Source of the DNA: Candidatus Poribacteria bacterium | Lineage (GTDB): Bacteria; Poribacteria; WGA-4E; WGA-3G | Reading direction: 5' to 3' | NCBI GenBank assembly: GCA_963663765.2 | Contig: CAXXUA010000013.1 | Span: forward strand, 672,001 to 736,000 | Length of the DNA: 64,000 bases | In this document: positions 39,004 to 49,596 of the stretch, one piece after another | Layout: each line of letters begins with the position of its first letter | How positions within the stretch are numbered: the first letter of the stretch is position 1 | Notes under the pieces: generated by a model | Database searches by the model: none | The model's input: the letters and a program-made list of their open reading frames with translations, nothing else | What the model was told of the DNA's origin: nothing | Program-made: the position numbers and the translations under genes

Positions 39004-40797
39004 CTACTTGCTTTTCTGTAAGCGGGATTCTAATGCGTCTAATTCTTCAGACAACGCTGCAGGAAGTCTTTCTTCAAAACGTTCATAATGTTCACGTATT
39101 GACTGAATTTCGTTCAACCATTCATCAATGTCTACGTTCAGAAGTTCGTCCATTTGTTGTTCGGTTACATCAAGTCCGGTAGTATCAATTGCGTCTTTTG
39201 CAGGTAGGTAACCGATAGGTGATTCAACTGCTTCGCCATTTCCGTTTATTCGGTCAACAATCCACTTTAGCACACGACTGTTCTCACCAAATCCTGGCCA
39301 CAACCATCCGCCATCTGCATCCTTCCGGAACCAGTTGACATAGAAAATACGAGGAAGTTTATCTGCATTAGATTTCTGTCCCATTTCTAACCAATGTGCG
39401 AAGTAGTCGCCCATGTTATATCCGCAGAAGGGGAGCATCGCCATGGGGTCACGTCTGAGTTCACCGACGGTGCCTGCGGCAGCTGCTGTGCGTTCAGATG
39501 AAGCGATTGATCCGATGAATGTGCCGTGTTGCCAGTTAAATGCTTCAAAAACGAGTGGTACTGTAGAGGCACGACGTCCACCGAAAAGAATTGCTGAAAT
39601 TGGTACACCGTTGGGGTTTTCCCAATTAGGATCAATTATGGGACACTGCGCTGCGGGGGTTGTATAACGTGAGTTGGGATGTGCTGCAGTCTTTTCATCG
39701 CCTGGGTGCCATTCTTCACCGAGCCAACTTATAGCAGTTGCTGGAGGTTCTTCAGTCATCTCCTCCCACCAGACATCGTTGTCAGGGGTGAGAGCTGCGT
39801 TGGTAAAGATAGAGTTGGATGCGAGTGTGTGCATCGCATTCGGGTTAGTGTCCATAGATGTTCCGGGACCAACGCCGAAAAATCCTGCTTCGGGGTTAAT
39901 TGCGTAGAGTCGTCCGTCTTCACCGAACTTCATCCAAGCGATGTCATCGCCAATAGTCTCAGCTTTCCAACCTGGGATTGTCGGTGTGAGCATGGCAAGG
40001 TTCGTTTTACCACAAGCACTTGGAAATGCTGCTGCAATGTATGTTTTCTTACCCTCTGGATTTGTTAATCCCAGAATAAGCATGTGTTCTGCCATCCATC
40101 CATCATTCTTCGCCATAATAGAGGCGATGCGGAGTGCATAGCATTTTTTACCGAGTAGTGCATTCCCGCCATATCCACTCCCATAAGACCAAATGGAACG
40201 TTCTTCAGGAAAGTGAACGATATATTTATTGTCAGGGTTACAGGGCCAGGGCACATCATCTTGTCCCGCTTCAATCGGCATTCCGACAGAGTGCAAACAG
40301 GGAACAAAATCGCCATCTTCACCTAAAACGTCTAACACCTCTTTACCCATGCGTGTCATAATCCGCATATTCACAACGACATAGGGTGAATCACTAATTT
40401 CTACACCGATATGAGAAATCGGTGAACCGAGGGGGCCCATACTGAAAGGTACGACATACATTGTGCGTCCTTTCATACATCCTTTAAAAAGACCTTTTAG
40501 GGTCTTTTTCATCTCATCGGGTTCATGCCAATTGTTTGTAGGTCCTGCTTCAGCTGGGGTTTTGGCGCAGATATAGGTTCTTCCTTCAACGCGAGCTACG
40601 TCTGCTGGATTGGAACGAGCAAGGTAGCTGCCGGGACGTTTGTCTGGGTTTAACCGAACAAATGTTCCATTTTGTACCAACTGTTCACACAATCTGTCGT
40701 TCTCTTCCTGCGACCCATCGCACCAATAAATATCGTCAGGTTGGCATAGTTCCGCTGCTTCCTTAACCCAACTGAGCAATTTACTATTGTTTGTCAT
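39004..40797 (-). CDS. pckG: Phosphoenolpyruvate carboxykinase (GTP)
   Basis: [32 protein letters not shown]. Confidence 0.97.
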   Translation of the reverse strand: MTNNSKLLSWVKEAAELCQPDDIYWCDGSQEENDRLCEQLVQNGTFVRLNPDKRPGSYLARSNPADVARVEGRTYICAKTPAEAGPTNNWHEPDEMKKTLKGLFKGCMKGRTMYVVPFSMGPLGSPISHIGVEISDSPYVVVNMRIMTRMGKEVLDVLGEDGDFVPCLHSVGMPIEAGQDDVPWPCNPDNKYIVHFPEERSIWSYGSGYGGNALLGKKCYALRIASIMAKNDGWMAEHMLILGLTNPEGKKTYIAAAFPSACGKTNLAMLTPTIPGWKAETIGDDIAWMKFGEDGRLYAINPEAGFFGVGPGTSMDTNPNAMHTLASNSIFTNAALTPDNDVWWEEMTEEPPATAISWLGEEWHPGDEKTAAHPNSRYTTPAAQCPIIDPNWENPNGVPISAILFGGRRASTVPLVFEAFNWQHGTFIGSIASSERTAAAAGTVGELRRDPMAMLPFCGYNMGDYFAHWLEMGQKSNADKLPRIFYVNWFRKDADGGWLWPGFGENSRVLKWIVDRINGNGEAVESPIGYLPAKDAIDTTGLDVTEQQMDELLNVDIDEWLNEIQSIREHYERFEERLPAALSEELDALESRLQKSK

Positions 40798-40969
40798 CCA
40801 AGTCCTCCATTGTATTATGTCAATCTATATTATCATGAAATCGGGAATGTGGCAATCAATTAGAGATTTGGTCACGGATATTCGTTACTATTACAATCTC
40901 ATTATATTTCTAATTTACAAGACGTTTGAATATCAATAAAGTTGAAATATTAGTAGCGAATTATCAATA

Positions 40970-42838
40970 TCAGAAGGATGCGCCTAACTTTACATGCACC
41001 TTACCGCGAAGTGCCGAATCTCCAGCCGCGAGTCCGTAATCCAGTTGAATAATCCCATTTTTTGATTCAAGTCTTGCACCGAACCCGTAACCGATACGCA
41101 GTTTGTCAAACACAGACGGTCTATCAATGAAGGTAACCGTGCCTAAATCAAGGAAGGTGAAAATCTGTGAGTTCTGACCTGTCAAGAATCTATATTCAAT
41201 ATTTGAATGTACTCTGCGTGGTCCTGAGAACCAATCTTCGTCATATCCCCTTAAAGTAGTTGCCCCTCCCAAATAAAACAGTTCTGTCGGTGGTATGTTG
41301 ACACCCCATGCTGCTGCGGCATGCAATTCGACAGCAATAATCTGATTTTCCCATGTCTGGAAGTATTGTTGCATGTCAACCCATATTTTTCGTAGTCTAA
41401 AAACACTGCTTGAGAGTTCAACTGCGATACTATCGTGTCTGCCGCGTGTCGGATTAAGAAAATAATCTCGCGAATCACGTGTTAACCGAAAGGTGATGCT
41501 ATACTTTGAGCCTTCATCAAAGGATATAGGGGTCGTATTTGAGCTGGCATTTGTAGTAGGTGAGAAGGTGTCAATTGTGGAGGCGACAGGTAAAGGTGCA
41601 GTTGTGTTTGCATACCGAATCTGTTTATAGCCAAGTGTGATTTCGCTTTCATAGAAACTCCCAAATTTCGTGTTACCACTGAGACTTGCTGCGCGTTCTT
41701 CAGATTCTACATCGTTAAAGGGATTGCGTTGTTTGAGTTGACTATAGGTTATCCCCATATTGATGGGTTTCCCAAATATCCAAGGTTCTTTGTATCCGAC
41801 TTGAAGTGCAGTTAGCAACCCAGATTTCCAGTAGAAATTGACATCACGACCAGTACCTAATAGATTTGTTTCACGCATTTCGACCACACCTGTGAGTTGC
41901 GGCACGGAGTCTAATCCTTCTACAGGTGGAGCATATCCAAGGACTCCGACTAAACGTCCTGTCCGTGCTTCAGTTACTTTTGCATGAAAAATGATTGTGT
42001 CTTCAGTTAAACCTTCCTCTAAGAGGTTTGGTTGAATGGAATGAAACAATCCTATATTACGCAATCGGTGATAGCTTTGATCAATCTTTCGCTGGTCAAA
42101 TATCTCATAAGTCTTTATTGGTATTTCTCGTATCACAACATGGTTCTTTGTTTTCTTTAATCCGCTTACCTTGATATGACTCAGCCTGACCTTCACACCT
42201 TCCTGAATCAGTAGACTGATATCCATATTTCCAGTCAAAGGTGATAGGTTTGAGATTGTGGGTCTGATTTCTACTCTGGGATGTCCATGTTCGCTGTATA
42301 GTTGTTGAATTCTTTCAATGCCTTGCTCAAGAGCGGTGAGTGCATAGAATCGTCCTTTTCGTAGACCGAGCTGCCTCCGTAATTCATCTTGAGAAAAAAG
42401 TCTATTGCCGATAAATGTGAAATTACCATTCCGCAGACGTCTTCCTTCTCTGACTTTGACAGATAACTGAATGCTTTGTGATGTCGTGGGGGTTGCGGTG
42501 GGAGTTATCTGTGCAAAGACAAATCCGTTTTGACGATATGTGTTGATGATACGGTCAAATCCCGCTACGATTTCGTTACGTGAATATGCTTTTTTTGTTT
42601 GCCATCGAAATAGATTTCTCAATTTTCGTTGGTTGAAATGTTTGTTTCCTTCAAAGTTGAGTTGCGGAATGTAGTAGAGGGGTAGTGTGTTGAGGTTCTC
42701 TGTTATGTTGTTTGGTGCTGTTTTTTCTGAAGTGGTATTTTGACCTACGTTTTTATTTTGGGCAAAGGTTACTTCTGTTGTCGTTATCAGGCAGAACAGT
42801 ATTATGTTGATAGACAATAAGAGGCGTGTTACATGCAT
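40970..42838 (-). CDS. BamA/TamA-family outer membrane protein with POTRA domains
   Basis: POTRA-like repeats, ETNLLGTG, LGGATTLRGY, C-terminal Phe. Confidence 0.85.
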   Translation of the reverse strand: MHVTRLLLSINIILFCLITTTEVTFAQNKNVGQNTTSEKTAPNNITENLNTLPLYYIPQLNFEGNKHFNQRKLRNLFRWQTKKAYSRNEIVAGFDRIINTYRQNGFVFAQITPTATPTTSQSIQLSVKVREGRRLRNGNFTFIGNRLFSQDELRRQLGLRKGRFYALTALEQGIERIQQLYSEHGHPRVEIRPTISNLSPLTGNMDISLLIQEGVKVRLSHIKVSGLKKTKNHVVIREIPIKTYEIFDQRKIDQSYHRLRNIGLFHSIQPNLLEEGLTEDTIIFHAKVTEARTGRLVGVLGYAPPVEGLDSVPQLTGVVEMRETNLLGTGRDVNFYWKSGLLTALQVGYKEPWIFGKPINMGITYSQLKQRNPFNDVESEERAASLSGNTKFGSFYESEITLGYKQIRYANTTAPLPVASTIDTFSPTTNASSNTTPISFDEGSKYSITFRLTRDSRDYFLNPTRGRHDSIAVELSSSVFRLRKIWVDMQQYFQTWENQIIAVELHAAAAWGVNIPPTELFYLGGATTLRGYDEDWFSGPRRVHSNIEYRFLTGQNSQIFTFLDLGTVTFIDRPSVFDKLRIGYGFGARLESKNGIIQLDYGLAAGDSALRGKVHVKLGASF

Positions 42839-43019
42839 GTGATGGAAACCTATGGGTTAAATGGTAGGAATATTTTACCATGTGCGTCGCGATAAATGCA
42901 AATGCGTCTTGTGAACATCAGAGAATTTTTTATTTGGTTTTAATCATAAGTTTACAGTATAATGTGATATGCTGTTGAAATATTGAAGATAAGCATTTCA
43001 CACAATTAAAGATAATGCA

Positions 43020-43415
43020 ATGTGGAGTACAATGATATTGCCCATTCTTACATCCCTTATCGCAACAGGTTTGGGAATCTTCATGGTCTGGATCTTTATT
43101 CGCAAAAGACAATCTGACGAAAGAACTAATCAAATCGCCCATATTTTGAATGAAATTAGCGATATTAGAAATAAGGTAGTTATCTTTTCGGAACGGTTAG
43201 AACTTGATACTGCCAAAAATGAAAAATTCAGGGAAGACATCAATAACATAAACGGAAAAATTCAAAGCATAAATGGGGAGATGCAAAACATAAATGGGCA
43301 GGTTACTGAAAATAGAAACATGATTTACAAAATGATCAGTGTTGTTGAAAATCTCCAAAGTATAGTAGGTGGCAGTCAAAACAAAATACGAGATGATACT
43401 CAGATCAAATCGTAA
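43020..43415 (+). CDS. Membrane-anchored coiled-coil hypothetical protein
   Basis: N-terminal TM; heptad repeats INNINGK/IQSINGE/MQNINGQ. Confidence 0.6.
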   Translation: MWSTMILPILTSLIATGLGIFMVWIFIRKRQSDERTNQIAHILNEISDIRNKVVIFSERLELDTAKNEKFREDINNINGKIQSINGEMQNINGQVTENRNMIYKMISVVENLQSIVGGSQNKIRDDTQIKS

Positions 43416-43493
43416 TGTAAATCTTTGATGTCTGGCGGAATCAGAATAAGGTGGGAGACGATGTTGTCCCTGGCGAACTAACAATATTTTTAG

Positions 43494-43533
43494 CGTCTTC
43501 TGCCAAAAAATTGAAGTAATCTTCAATTTGCAT
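43494..43533 (-). pseudogene. First 13 codons of a DUF433 gene
   Basis: MQIEDYFNFLAED with GGAGG RBS; 43494-43535 matches 57234-57275 at 38/42 nt. Confidence 0.75.
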
Positions 43534-43550
43534 GGTATACCTCCCTTCCT

Positions 43551-44120
43551 ACTATACAGATGCATTCAATTGTCGGCTTTTGCGGATTTGGGTGCGGCAT
43601 CGCGAAAATCGCGGATTTCACGGAATACACGGAAAAGATACCCACAATAAAACGCATTGGTAAGGAAAATGGTTATTCTTAGCAACAAATCATGATGTAG
43701 GTGCCTTTTCCGCGTCTTCTGTGTTTTCCGCGAATTTCGCGATGCCGCAAGAGTACATTTTGACAATTGAATGCCCCTGGTTGGCGGGGTTTCTAACCCC
43801 AGTGGTTTGAGCCAAAACTTGCAAATCGGGGTTAGCCCCCCCAACAATAGAGAAATGGGATTGGGTAACCGCTAAATTGACGCATAGGGTGTGGGTTATA
43901 TTATACCTAAATAGTGGTATGGGTTTGTTGTGTTTTCTGCTTTGAGAACAATAGAAATCATGTCCAATCTATTGGGATTCTATTGTTGAAATGTCTTCTA
44001 ACAAAGTATCTTTGTTGGCGGGGATTCTAACCCCGATATTAGAGTGCCACGGCATAAAATCGGGGTTGGAAACCCATTCAACAATAGCGAAATTCGACAA
44101 TTGAATACCTCTGACTATAG
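43551..44120. repeat. Cluster of nested MITE/REP repeats
   Basis: Outer imperfect TIR ..CATTCAATTGTCG / CGACAATTGAATAC..; inner TGCGGCATCGCGAAA/TTTCGCGATGCCGCA and CGGGG-TT-CTAACCCC REPs. Confidence 0.65.
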
Positions 44121-44217
44121 TATTTTTAGCAGTTGCTTTTTTCTGACGGTTTCTGATACAATATCAGGTGTGTAGATCTGAAAACTCTGGCGTAACTTGA
44201 TTCTGGGGAGAAAATTC

Positions 44218-44541
44218 ATGGAACAAATGAAGACTGCAGATATTCATGACAAGGTCTTTGAGGAAACCTATACCGCCCACATCCAAAGAAACGGTGCGAA
44301 CTGGCTTGGTCGGATACCAGACGTTCCAAAAGTCAAATGTGAAGCACCTACAGAAGCCATACTTCTGAAAACCCTTGAAAAAAAACTTCATGAGGCACTC
44401 ATCGCCGAAGAAGAAGCGTGGGAGAAGCAATTTGAGGAAGACGTGAAAGCCGGACGGCTGGAACACCTTGCCGAGAAAGCTATTAAAAATTATAGAGAAG
44501 GCAAATACCGAAGCGTAGACGAACTACAGAAGTTATTGTAG
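44218..44541 (+). CDS. Antitoxin: HicB-like N-terminal domain + short antitoxin tail
   Basis: YTAHIQRNGANWLGRIPDVP (HicB-like); AWEKQFEEDVKAGRLEHLA. Confidence 0.65.
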   Translation: MEQMKTADIHDKVFEETYTAHIQRNGANWLGRIPDVPKVKCEAPTEAILLKTLEKKLHEALIAEEEAWEKQFEEDVKAGRLEHLAEKAIKNYREGKYRSVDELQKLL

Positions 44542-44542
44542 T

Positions 44543-44794
44543 ATGGAACATATTCTTGATGACGATTTTTGGGATGCCTACGCAGAACTTCCGCTGAATG
44601 TCCAAAGACGCATCCCTCAGAAATTTCAACTCCTTCGGCAAAATCCCAGACATCCTTCTCTCCGTTTTAAAAAGGTTGGAGCCCTTTGGGCAATCCGGGT
44701 GAGTAGAGGCTACAGGGCCTTGGCCCGTGAAGAAGAAGGGAATTTCATCTGGTTTTGGGTTGGAACACATGCCGAATACGAGAGACGGATTTGA
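44543..44794 (+). CDS. RelE/ParE-like toxin
   Basis: FW..Y..LP..VQ; NPRHPSLRFKKV; WFWVGTHAEYER. Confidence 0.85.
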   Translation: MEHILDDDFWDAYAELPLNVQRRIPQKFQLLRQNPRHPSLRFKKVGALWAIRVSRGYRALAREEEGNFIWFWVGTHAEYERRI

Positions 44795-44821
44795 TAACAT
44801 GCATAATCCAAGAATGTCAAA

Positions 44822-45020
44822 CTAAGGTCTTGCTGCTTTCTGCTCGACTCCCCCAAATTTCTTTGCTCCAAGGAAAACACCGAATTCCAAAGGCATATTG
44901 AAGCGCGGAACACCCGAATTCTCGTCTAATTCCGTTCTAGAGATGTCATGAATACCATAACGACAATCCGCAATGGTGGTGTAAATCTTATCAATGTGGA
45001 CCTGACTTGCATCTACTGTA
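44822..45020 (-). pseudogene. Internal fragment of a TIR/nucleoside-deoxyribosyltransferase-like gene
   Basis: IDKIY..IADCRYGIHDISRTELD...PRFNMPLEFG without its own start. Confidence 0.55.
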
Positions 45021-45215
45021 TTCTTATTGAAGTGGGACATAAACGATTTGGTCAATATATTCGCCTTCAAACGATGCACCAGCAATGAGAATCAACTGTT
45101 CAATAATTAATCCTATTGAGACATCAAGATTAATCGTGAAAATACCCGGCACATGGTGCCCTGCTGCAAGATGGTCAGCGAGGTGTTGCGGCATACTTTT
45201 CCGATTGTTAGTTAT

Positions 45216-46637
45216 CAAGAATCACGACAAAACCCCTACCTTTAGGTAGTGGGATGTAGTCGTGCTAAGTGCTTGTGTCAAGAAAAAACTTGATTTTTGG
45301 TTTAAAACATGAGATACTCATTATACCAGTTCAGTGTAGGTGCTACTAACACCTACACACCTTTAGTAGAGGGAACTGACGTCTTCATAGGACTGGAATA
45401 TCATCATGCTAAAAACACATAAGATTGCATTGAATCCAAATAACAATCAACGAAAATGGTTTGCACAACAGTGTGGCTATGCGAGATTTGCATATAATCA
45501 TGCATTAGCAGATTTCAAGTCTGCATTGGCAAATGATGAGTTCTTATCCGCTGCGAAGTTAAACACTCGATTTAATATTGCTAAGAAAGCACATGCTTGG
45601 ACTAAAGATATGGATCAGGTTGTAGCCAATAAAAGCATATTTGGTAACTTGTCTGCTGCGCTTGCGAATTGGGTTGGTAAGCGTGCGAGATTTCCGAAGT
45701 TCAAGAAGCGTGGCAAAAAGGACGCATTCACCACAAATAATCAATCTGTAGAAGTTGAAGGCAAGCGTATCAAACTTCCTAAGATTGGTTGGATTAGCAT
45801 GTTTGAATCATTGCGTTTTGTGGGTAAGATTATGAAAGTGACGATCTCAAGGACAGCACATCGTTGGTTTGTATCTATCACCATAGAAACAGAGGACACC
45901 GAAGCAGTTGATAACTCAACGCACCCTGTGATTGGTATAGATGTAGGCATAAACACACTTGCCACATTGAGTGATGGCACGAAATATGATAATCCAAGAC
46001 CCCTGAAACGATATGAAAAGAAGTTAGCAAGAGAACAACGTAGATTAAGTAGAAAAGTTTTCAAGTCTAACAACTGGTTCAAACAAAAACACAAGTTAGA
46101 ACGTATCTACTATCGTATCGCTTGTATCCGAAACGATGCACATCATAAAGCAACTACAGAGATTGTCAACCTCGCATCTGCGATCGGTATTGAGACACTC
46201 AAGGTTACTAATATGCTGAAGAACAGAAACCTCGCAAAAGCATTGTCAGATACAGCATTAGGCAGTTTCCTGCTAAAACTCAAGACAAAAGCAGAAGTGC
46301 ACGGTATACCTGTCAAAGAAGCAGATCAGTTCTTTGCAAGTAGTAAAACCTGTTCCGGTTGTGGACACAAAAAGAAAGACCTAACACTTTCAGAAAGAAT
46401 GTATCACTGCAGTCAATGTGATATGTCTATAGATAGAGATGTCAACGCTGCAATAAACTTGAAACCAACTACGGTGGGACACACCGAAAGTCACGCCTGT
46501 GGAGTGCAAATAAGACCCAACGCTGTTCAGGAAAGGGCACGAGACACGGAAGCAGGAAAAGTCGTTTGGAAACAACTCAAACTGTTTCCAATATAAGAAC
46601 TAAGAACCCCCATGCTTTAGCTTGGGGAGTATGTCAG
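45216..46637 (+). mobile_element. IS1341-like tnpB-only element, copy 2
   Basis: Inserted after TTAT with no TSD; removal restores DUF5615; same end hairpins as copy 1. Confidence 0.92.
45406..46596 (+). CDS. tnpB: RNA-guided endonuclease TnpB
   Basis: HTH N-terminus; GIDVG, GIETL, CSGC/CSQC, DRDVNAAINL. Confidence 0.94.
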   Translation: MLKTHKIALNPNNNQRKWFAQQCGYARFAYNHALADFKSALANDEFLSAAKLNTRFNIAKKAHAWTKDMDQVVANKSIFGNLSAALANWVGKRARFPKFKKRGKKDAFTTNNQSVEVEGKRIKLPKIGWISMFESLRFVGKIMKVTISRTAHRWFVSITIETEDTEAVDNSTHPVIGIDVGINTLATLSDGTKYDNPRPLKRYEKKLAREQRRLSRKVFKSNNWFKQKHKLERIYYRIACIRNDAHHKATTEIVNLASAIGIETLKVTNMLKNRNLAKALSDTALGSFLLKLKTKAEVHGIPVKEADQFFASSKTCSGCGHKKKDLTLSERMYHCSQCDMSIDRDVNAAINLKPTTVGHTESHACGVQIRPNAVQERARDTEAGKVVWKQLKLFPI

Positions 46638-46807
46638 TAAGCTGAAATCGTGCTGCTCACACCACTTTAAGATTTCGGGGTCTTTAGTGCTTCTTGCAGG
46701 AGCACCTTCGTTACCAATCTTCAAGACCGTTAATGATGGTTCATGGTAAAGTAATTGCGTCTGGTAGATTGGTGGAATATGTTCGTCTAATAGATACCGA
46801 CGCATCT

Positions 46808-48409
46808 TTATTCCTGTTCATTTTTGGATGGGGATGGTTTTGTAATTGCTGAGATACTTTTTGGAATGTCCATCGGTGAGCTATCAGAAACATTCTTTTT
46901 TTCCGCAATAAGTTGACGTAGTCGAACAACACCGGGTGGCGGATTTTTCTCGTATTCCTCCCGAAAGATTTGGCTGTATTGGAGATTATTTGCTAAATAA
47001 CTCCCTATTTTTATTGGATTTTGAAGATAATAAAGAATCGTTGCGTAAACCTCTTCCAATGTCAGCGTCTCATAGCGTGCAATAATCTCCTCCGGTGTTT
47101 GTGACAGATGAAGAGACTCGTACAGGACAGTGTCAATACCGATACGCGTGCCTTTTATCCGAATATCATCCTCTGATAAAAAATCAAAGTTTCTTTCAAA
47201 AGGATAGAGTTGTTCGTATACTTGGATTTGTCTGAGAATACGGTTTTCGACAGGGAAAAATAGTGTGCGCTTATTTTGAATTAGATATTCAAGTTGGCTC
47301 AGGACTTCGTGACTATCCCGTCCGGATGTAAGTCCAGCTAATAAACCTAACGTTACAAATTTTAGCTGGTTGTACGGAATCTGTTCTTCCCATATTTTAA
47401 AGAGAAAATCAGTAGCCATGTTTAATGCCTTTTGCTGACTCATTCTCTGTTCTCCGAAGGCTTGAACTAAGCTATTGTAGGGTTCAGCGAGGTTCCAATT
47501 TGCTTGTTTTAAAGCTTCCATTAACGTGTCTGTCCCAAACTCTGTGTGATAGTAGTGAAAACAAACAAGCTGAATTGCCATTTTACTGTACTCAGTTTTA
47601 TCAAGTACATTTTGATTTAGGCAATGTTCCAAAACAACTTGTGTCCACACACCGTCAATTTGGAAATTTGTTCCAGCGTCACTATTGAAGCTTGTTTCTG
47701 CATAAGTTCTGAGCCGCCCATCGTCCGAAAGGAGTAGGTATCCTGGCTGACTTGCGATAAGAAGGGTATCCAAAAATAACGGTTGAAGCATGTCATCTAA
47801 TTCCTTTTTGCGGAGTTGATTCATTTGTAGTGCAGTAGTGCATGGAATGACCTCACAGTTTTCCCTAATCCATTTGATAAGGTTTTTTAGAAGTTCTACG
47901 TTGCATTTTATATCTTTAGGATTGATCATGTGTCTTACATACTGGTTGCCTTGTTTCTCAATGCTCATCTCTTCTTTTTTTTGGACAATTTGTAGTAGTT
48001 CATCAATAGTTGATTGTGAAATGCAGAGTTTTCCAAATACCTTGACAACGGTATCGGCAGCTTCTAAACAGTGTAAGGTGGTGAGGGATATGAGATCCGC
48101 AACAAGTTTGGGCTTTGGATCGTTAAGTAAAGCAAGTGCTTGAGCCCTTTCTTCTGCACTGCCGATACAACACCTAATTCCCAAGTCAGGTTTGTTTATG
48201 AGGAGACTCCACACGTCTAACACATTGCGCCCCGTCCAACCCATGAAGACACCGATTGGGGGTTGGTGTTCTTTATATTTATTTTCAATCTGGAGCGAGG
48301 TTTCATGTCGTTTATTGGCAGCGTCAAATAACGTTTGAAATTTTGTGCCTTCAGAATCGTCTCCCAGGATTGTATCTTGGATAGACCTATTTTGCTCGCT
48401 TACTCCCAT
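46808..48409 (-). CDS. PIN-domain protein fused to C-terminal DUF433 antitoxin domain
   Basis: LVADLISL...LLSDDGRLR (PIN-like); DIRIKGTRIGI..TPEEI..LTLEEVYATILYY (DUF433). Confidence 0.7.
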   Translation of the reverse strand: MGVSEQNRSIQDTILGDDSEGTKFQTLFDAANKRHETSLQIENKYKEHQPPIGVFMGWTGRNVLDVWSLLINKPDLGIRCCIGSAEERAQALALLNDPKPKLVADLISLTTLHCLEAADTVVKVFGKLCISQSTIDELLQIVQKKEEMSIEKQGNQYVRHMINPKDIKCNVELLKNLIKWIRENCEVIPCTTALQMNQLRKKELDDMLQPLFLDTLLIASQPGYLLLSDDGRLRTYAETSFNSDAGTNFQIDGVWTQVVLEHCLNQNVLDKTEYSKMAIQLVCFHYYHTEFGTDTLMEALKQANWNLAEPYNSLVQAFGEQRMSQQKALNMATDFLFKIWEEQIPYNQLKFVTLGLLAGLTSGRDSHEVLSQLEYLIQNKRTLFFPVENRILRQIQVYEQLYPFERNFDFLSEDDIRIKGTRIGIDTVLYESLHLSQTPEEIIARYETLTLEEVYATILYYLQNPIKIGSYLANNLQYSQIFREEYEKNPPPGVVRLRQLIAEKKNVSDSSPMDIPKSISAITKPSPSKNEQE

Positions 48410-48483
48410 CGATTTCTACCCCTATCAAAAATTTCTTTCACAGTGCTTTTATCAATTTTTCTATTGCTATTTTTATTTTGTCA

Positions 48484-48512
48484 TTATAGCATATTTCTGC
48501 TGCATAGTCAAG
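48484..48512 (-). promoter_or_regulatory. Sigma70 promoter for the PIN-DUF433 gene
   Basis: TTGACT...TGcTATAAT on the minus strand. Confidence 0.6.
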
Positions 48513-48564
48513 ATAAAAAAGGTTTGCGTTAGAATGATTATAGTAAGCGATTTTAACAACTAAC

Positions 48565-48681
48565 TTAACCACCATACCAACTCGGAAAAGCAATCCCCTT
48601 CCGCTTAAGCATCACCAACTCCGTATCAAGATCACATGTAGACTGTTTCCCGCCGTGGATACTCGGCTCAGCTCAGAGCAT
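48565..48681 (-). repeat. Copy C of the R-M gene 3' end
   Basis: ML*AEPSIHGGKQSTCDLDTELVMLKRKGIAFPSWYGG*, colinear with 53778-53894. Confidence 0.95.
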
Positions 48682-48732
48682 AATGGAAATCTCTAATGCC
48701 TGAATCAGGATTTCATGAGGGTTATGAGTGAA

Positions 48733-49596
48733 TTAAATTGCAGGATTCCACGATACCTTTTCGCTATCAGGTATGATCTTTTTTTCCCAATGCAATAGTT
48801 TGGCAATAGGTCCTATATCGTCATCAGGTATATCCTGGAGGTACAGCAATTGGAAAAGAGCAATTCCTATATTTTCAAGGAACATGCTATGAGAGTCAAG
48901 AGCCTCATATTGGGGTAGTCTGCCACTAAAAGTTACTGTAAGTCCGCCCTGAATATATCCGTTTGTAACAAGTTCAAAACAATCGTGTAACAATTTTGAT
49001 AGTTCTAAGGAAAATTCTGGCTCAAAAGAAGTAAGAAATTCTTGACCTTTTTCTCTTCTACCAACCATGCTCAAAATACAAAGTTGTTGATATGTAAGTT
49101 GTTCTGCAGATTTTATAATTTTATGGCTTAAATCTGCACTGATTTCTTGTTCAAAAACAGTGTTTACATAAACGTTTGAAATATACCGGATTTTCTTCTC
49201 TTCTGGTTCTCTTTGACATTTTAATATAACATTTTCAAGAATTTCTTCGTCTTTAGACCTGTCAGAAAAATCTTTATCAAAAAAACCATCTTCACGAGGT
49301 TTCTCACCTTTTTCTAAGCGTTGGCGAATCCCAGCTAGAGCAAAGGCAAAAGCGGCACCTGCTCTGATCTTCTCGCGTGGTCCAATCATTCGTTCCAAGA
49401 TTTCATTGCCGATTTTCCTGAATCCAATCTGAATCAATTTACTACCGACACTAACTCCAATCGTTGTGACCGGATCTCCGCTCAGCAAACCTGCTGCCAA
49501 ACCGCTAATAGCACTACCTGTTATCTCACTAGAGGTTTCAATAAGTTGAAGAACTCTATCATTTTTAGCAGAATTCTTTTCAAAGTTTTGAGTCAT
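48733..49596 (-). CDS. Hypothetical protein, paralog of 49580 (possibly Abi-alpha/DUF4393-like)
   Basis: Shared RLEKGEK-REDGFF..DRSK..EEKKIRYI..LTYQQLCIL motifs. Confidence 0.6.
   Translation of the reverse strand: MTQNFEKNSAKNDRVLQLIETSSEITGSAISGLAAGLLSGDPVTTIGVSVGSKLIQIGFRKIGNEILERMIGPREKIRAGAAFAFALAGIRQRLEKGEKPREDGFFDKDFSDRSKDEEILENVILKCQREPEEKKIRYISNVYVNTVFEQEISADLSHKIIKSAEQLTYQQLCILSMVGRREKGQEFLTSFEPEFSLELSKLLHDCFELVTNGYIQGGLTVTFSGRLPQYEALDSHSMFLENIGIALFQLLYLQDIPDDDIGPIAKLLHWEKKIIPDSEKVSWNPAI

Larger units (their letters stand above)
45024..46805 (-). pseudogene. DUF5615 PIN-like toxin gene split by tnpB element
   Basis: 46638-46805 (YLLDEH..DPEILKWCE) + 45024-45215 (ITNNRKSMP) rejoin in frame as 119 aa. 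Confidence 0.88.

Noticed and set aside
48670-48681. TGA at the Cys position in repeat C as selenocysteine
   Set aside because: Orphan fragment with no evident SECIS or RBS; a single TGC->TGA decay explains it.
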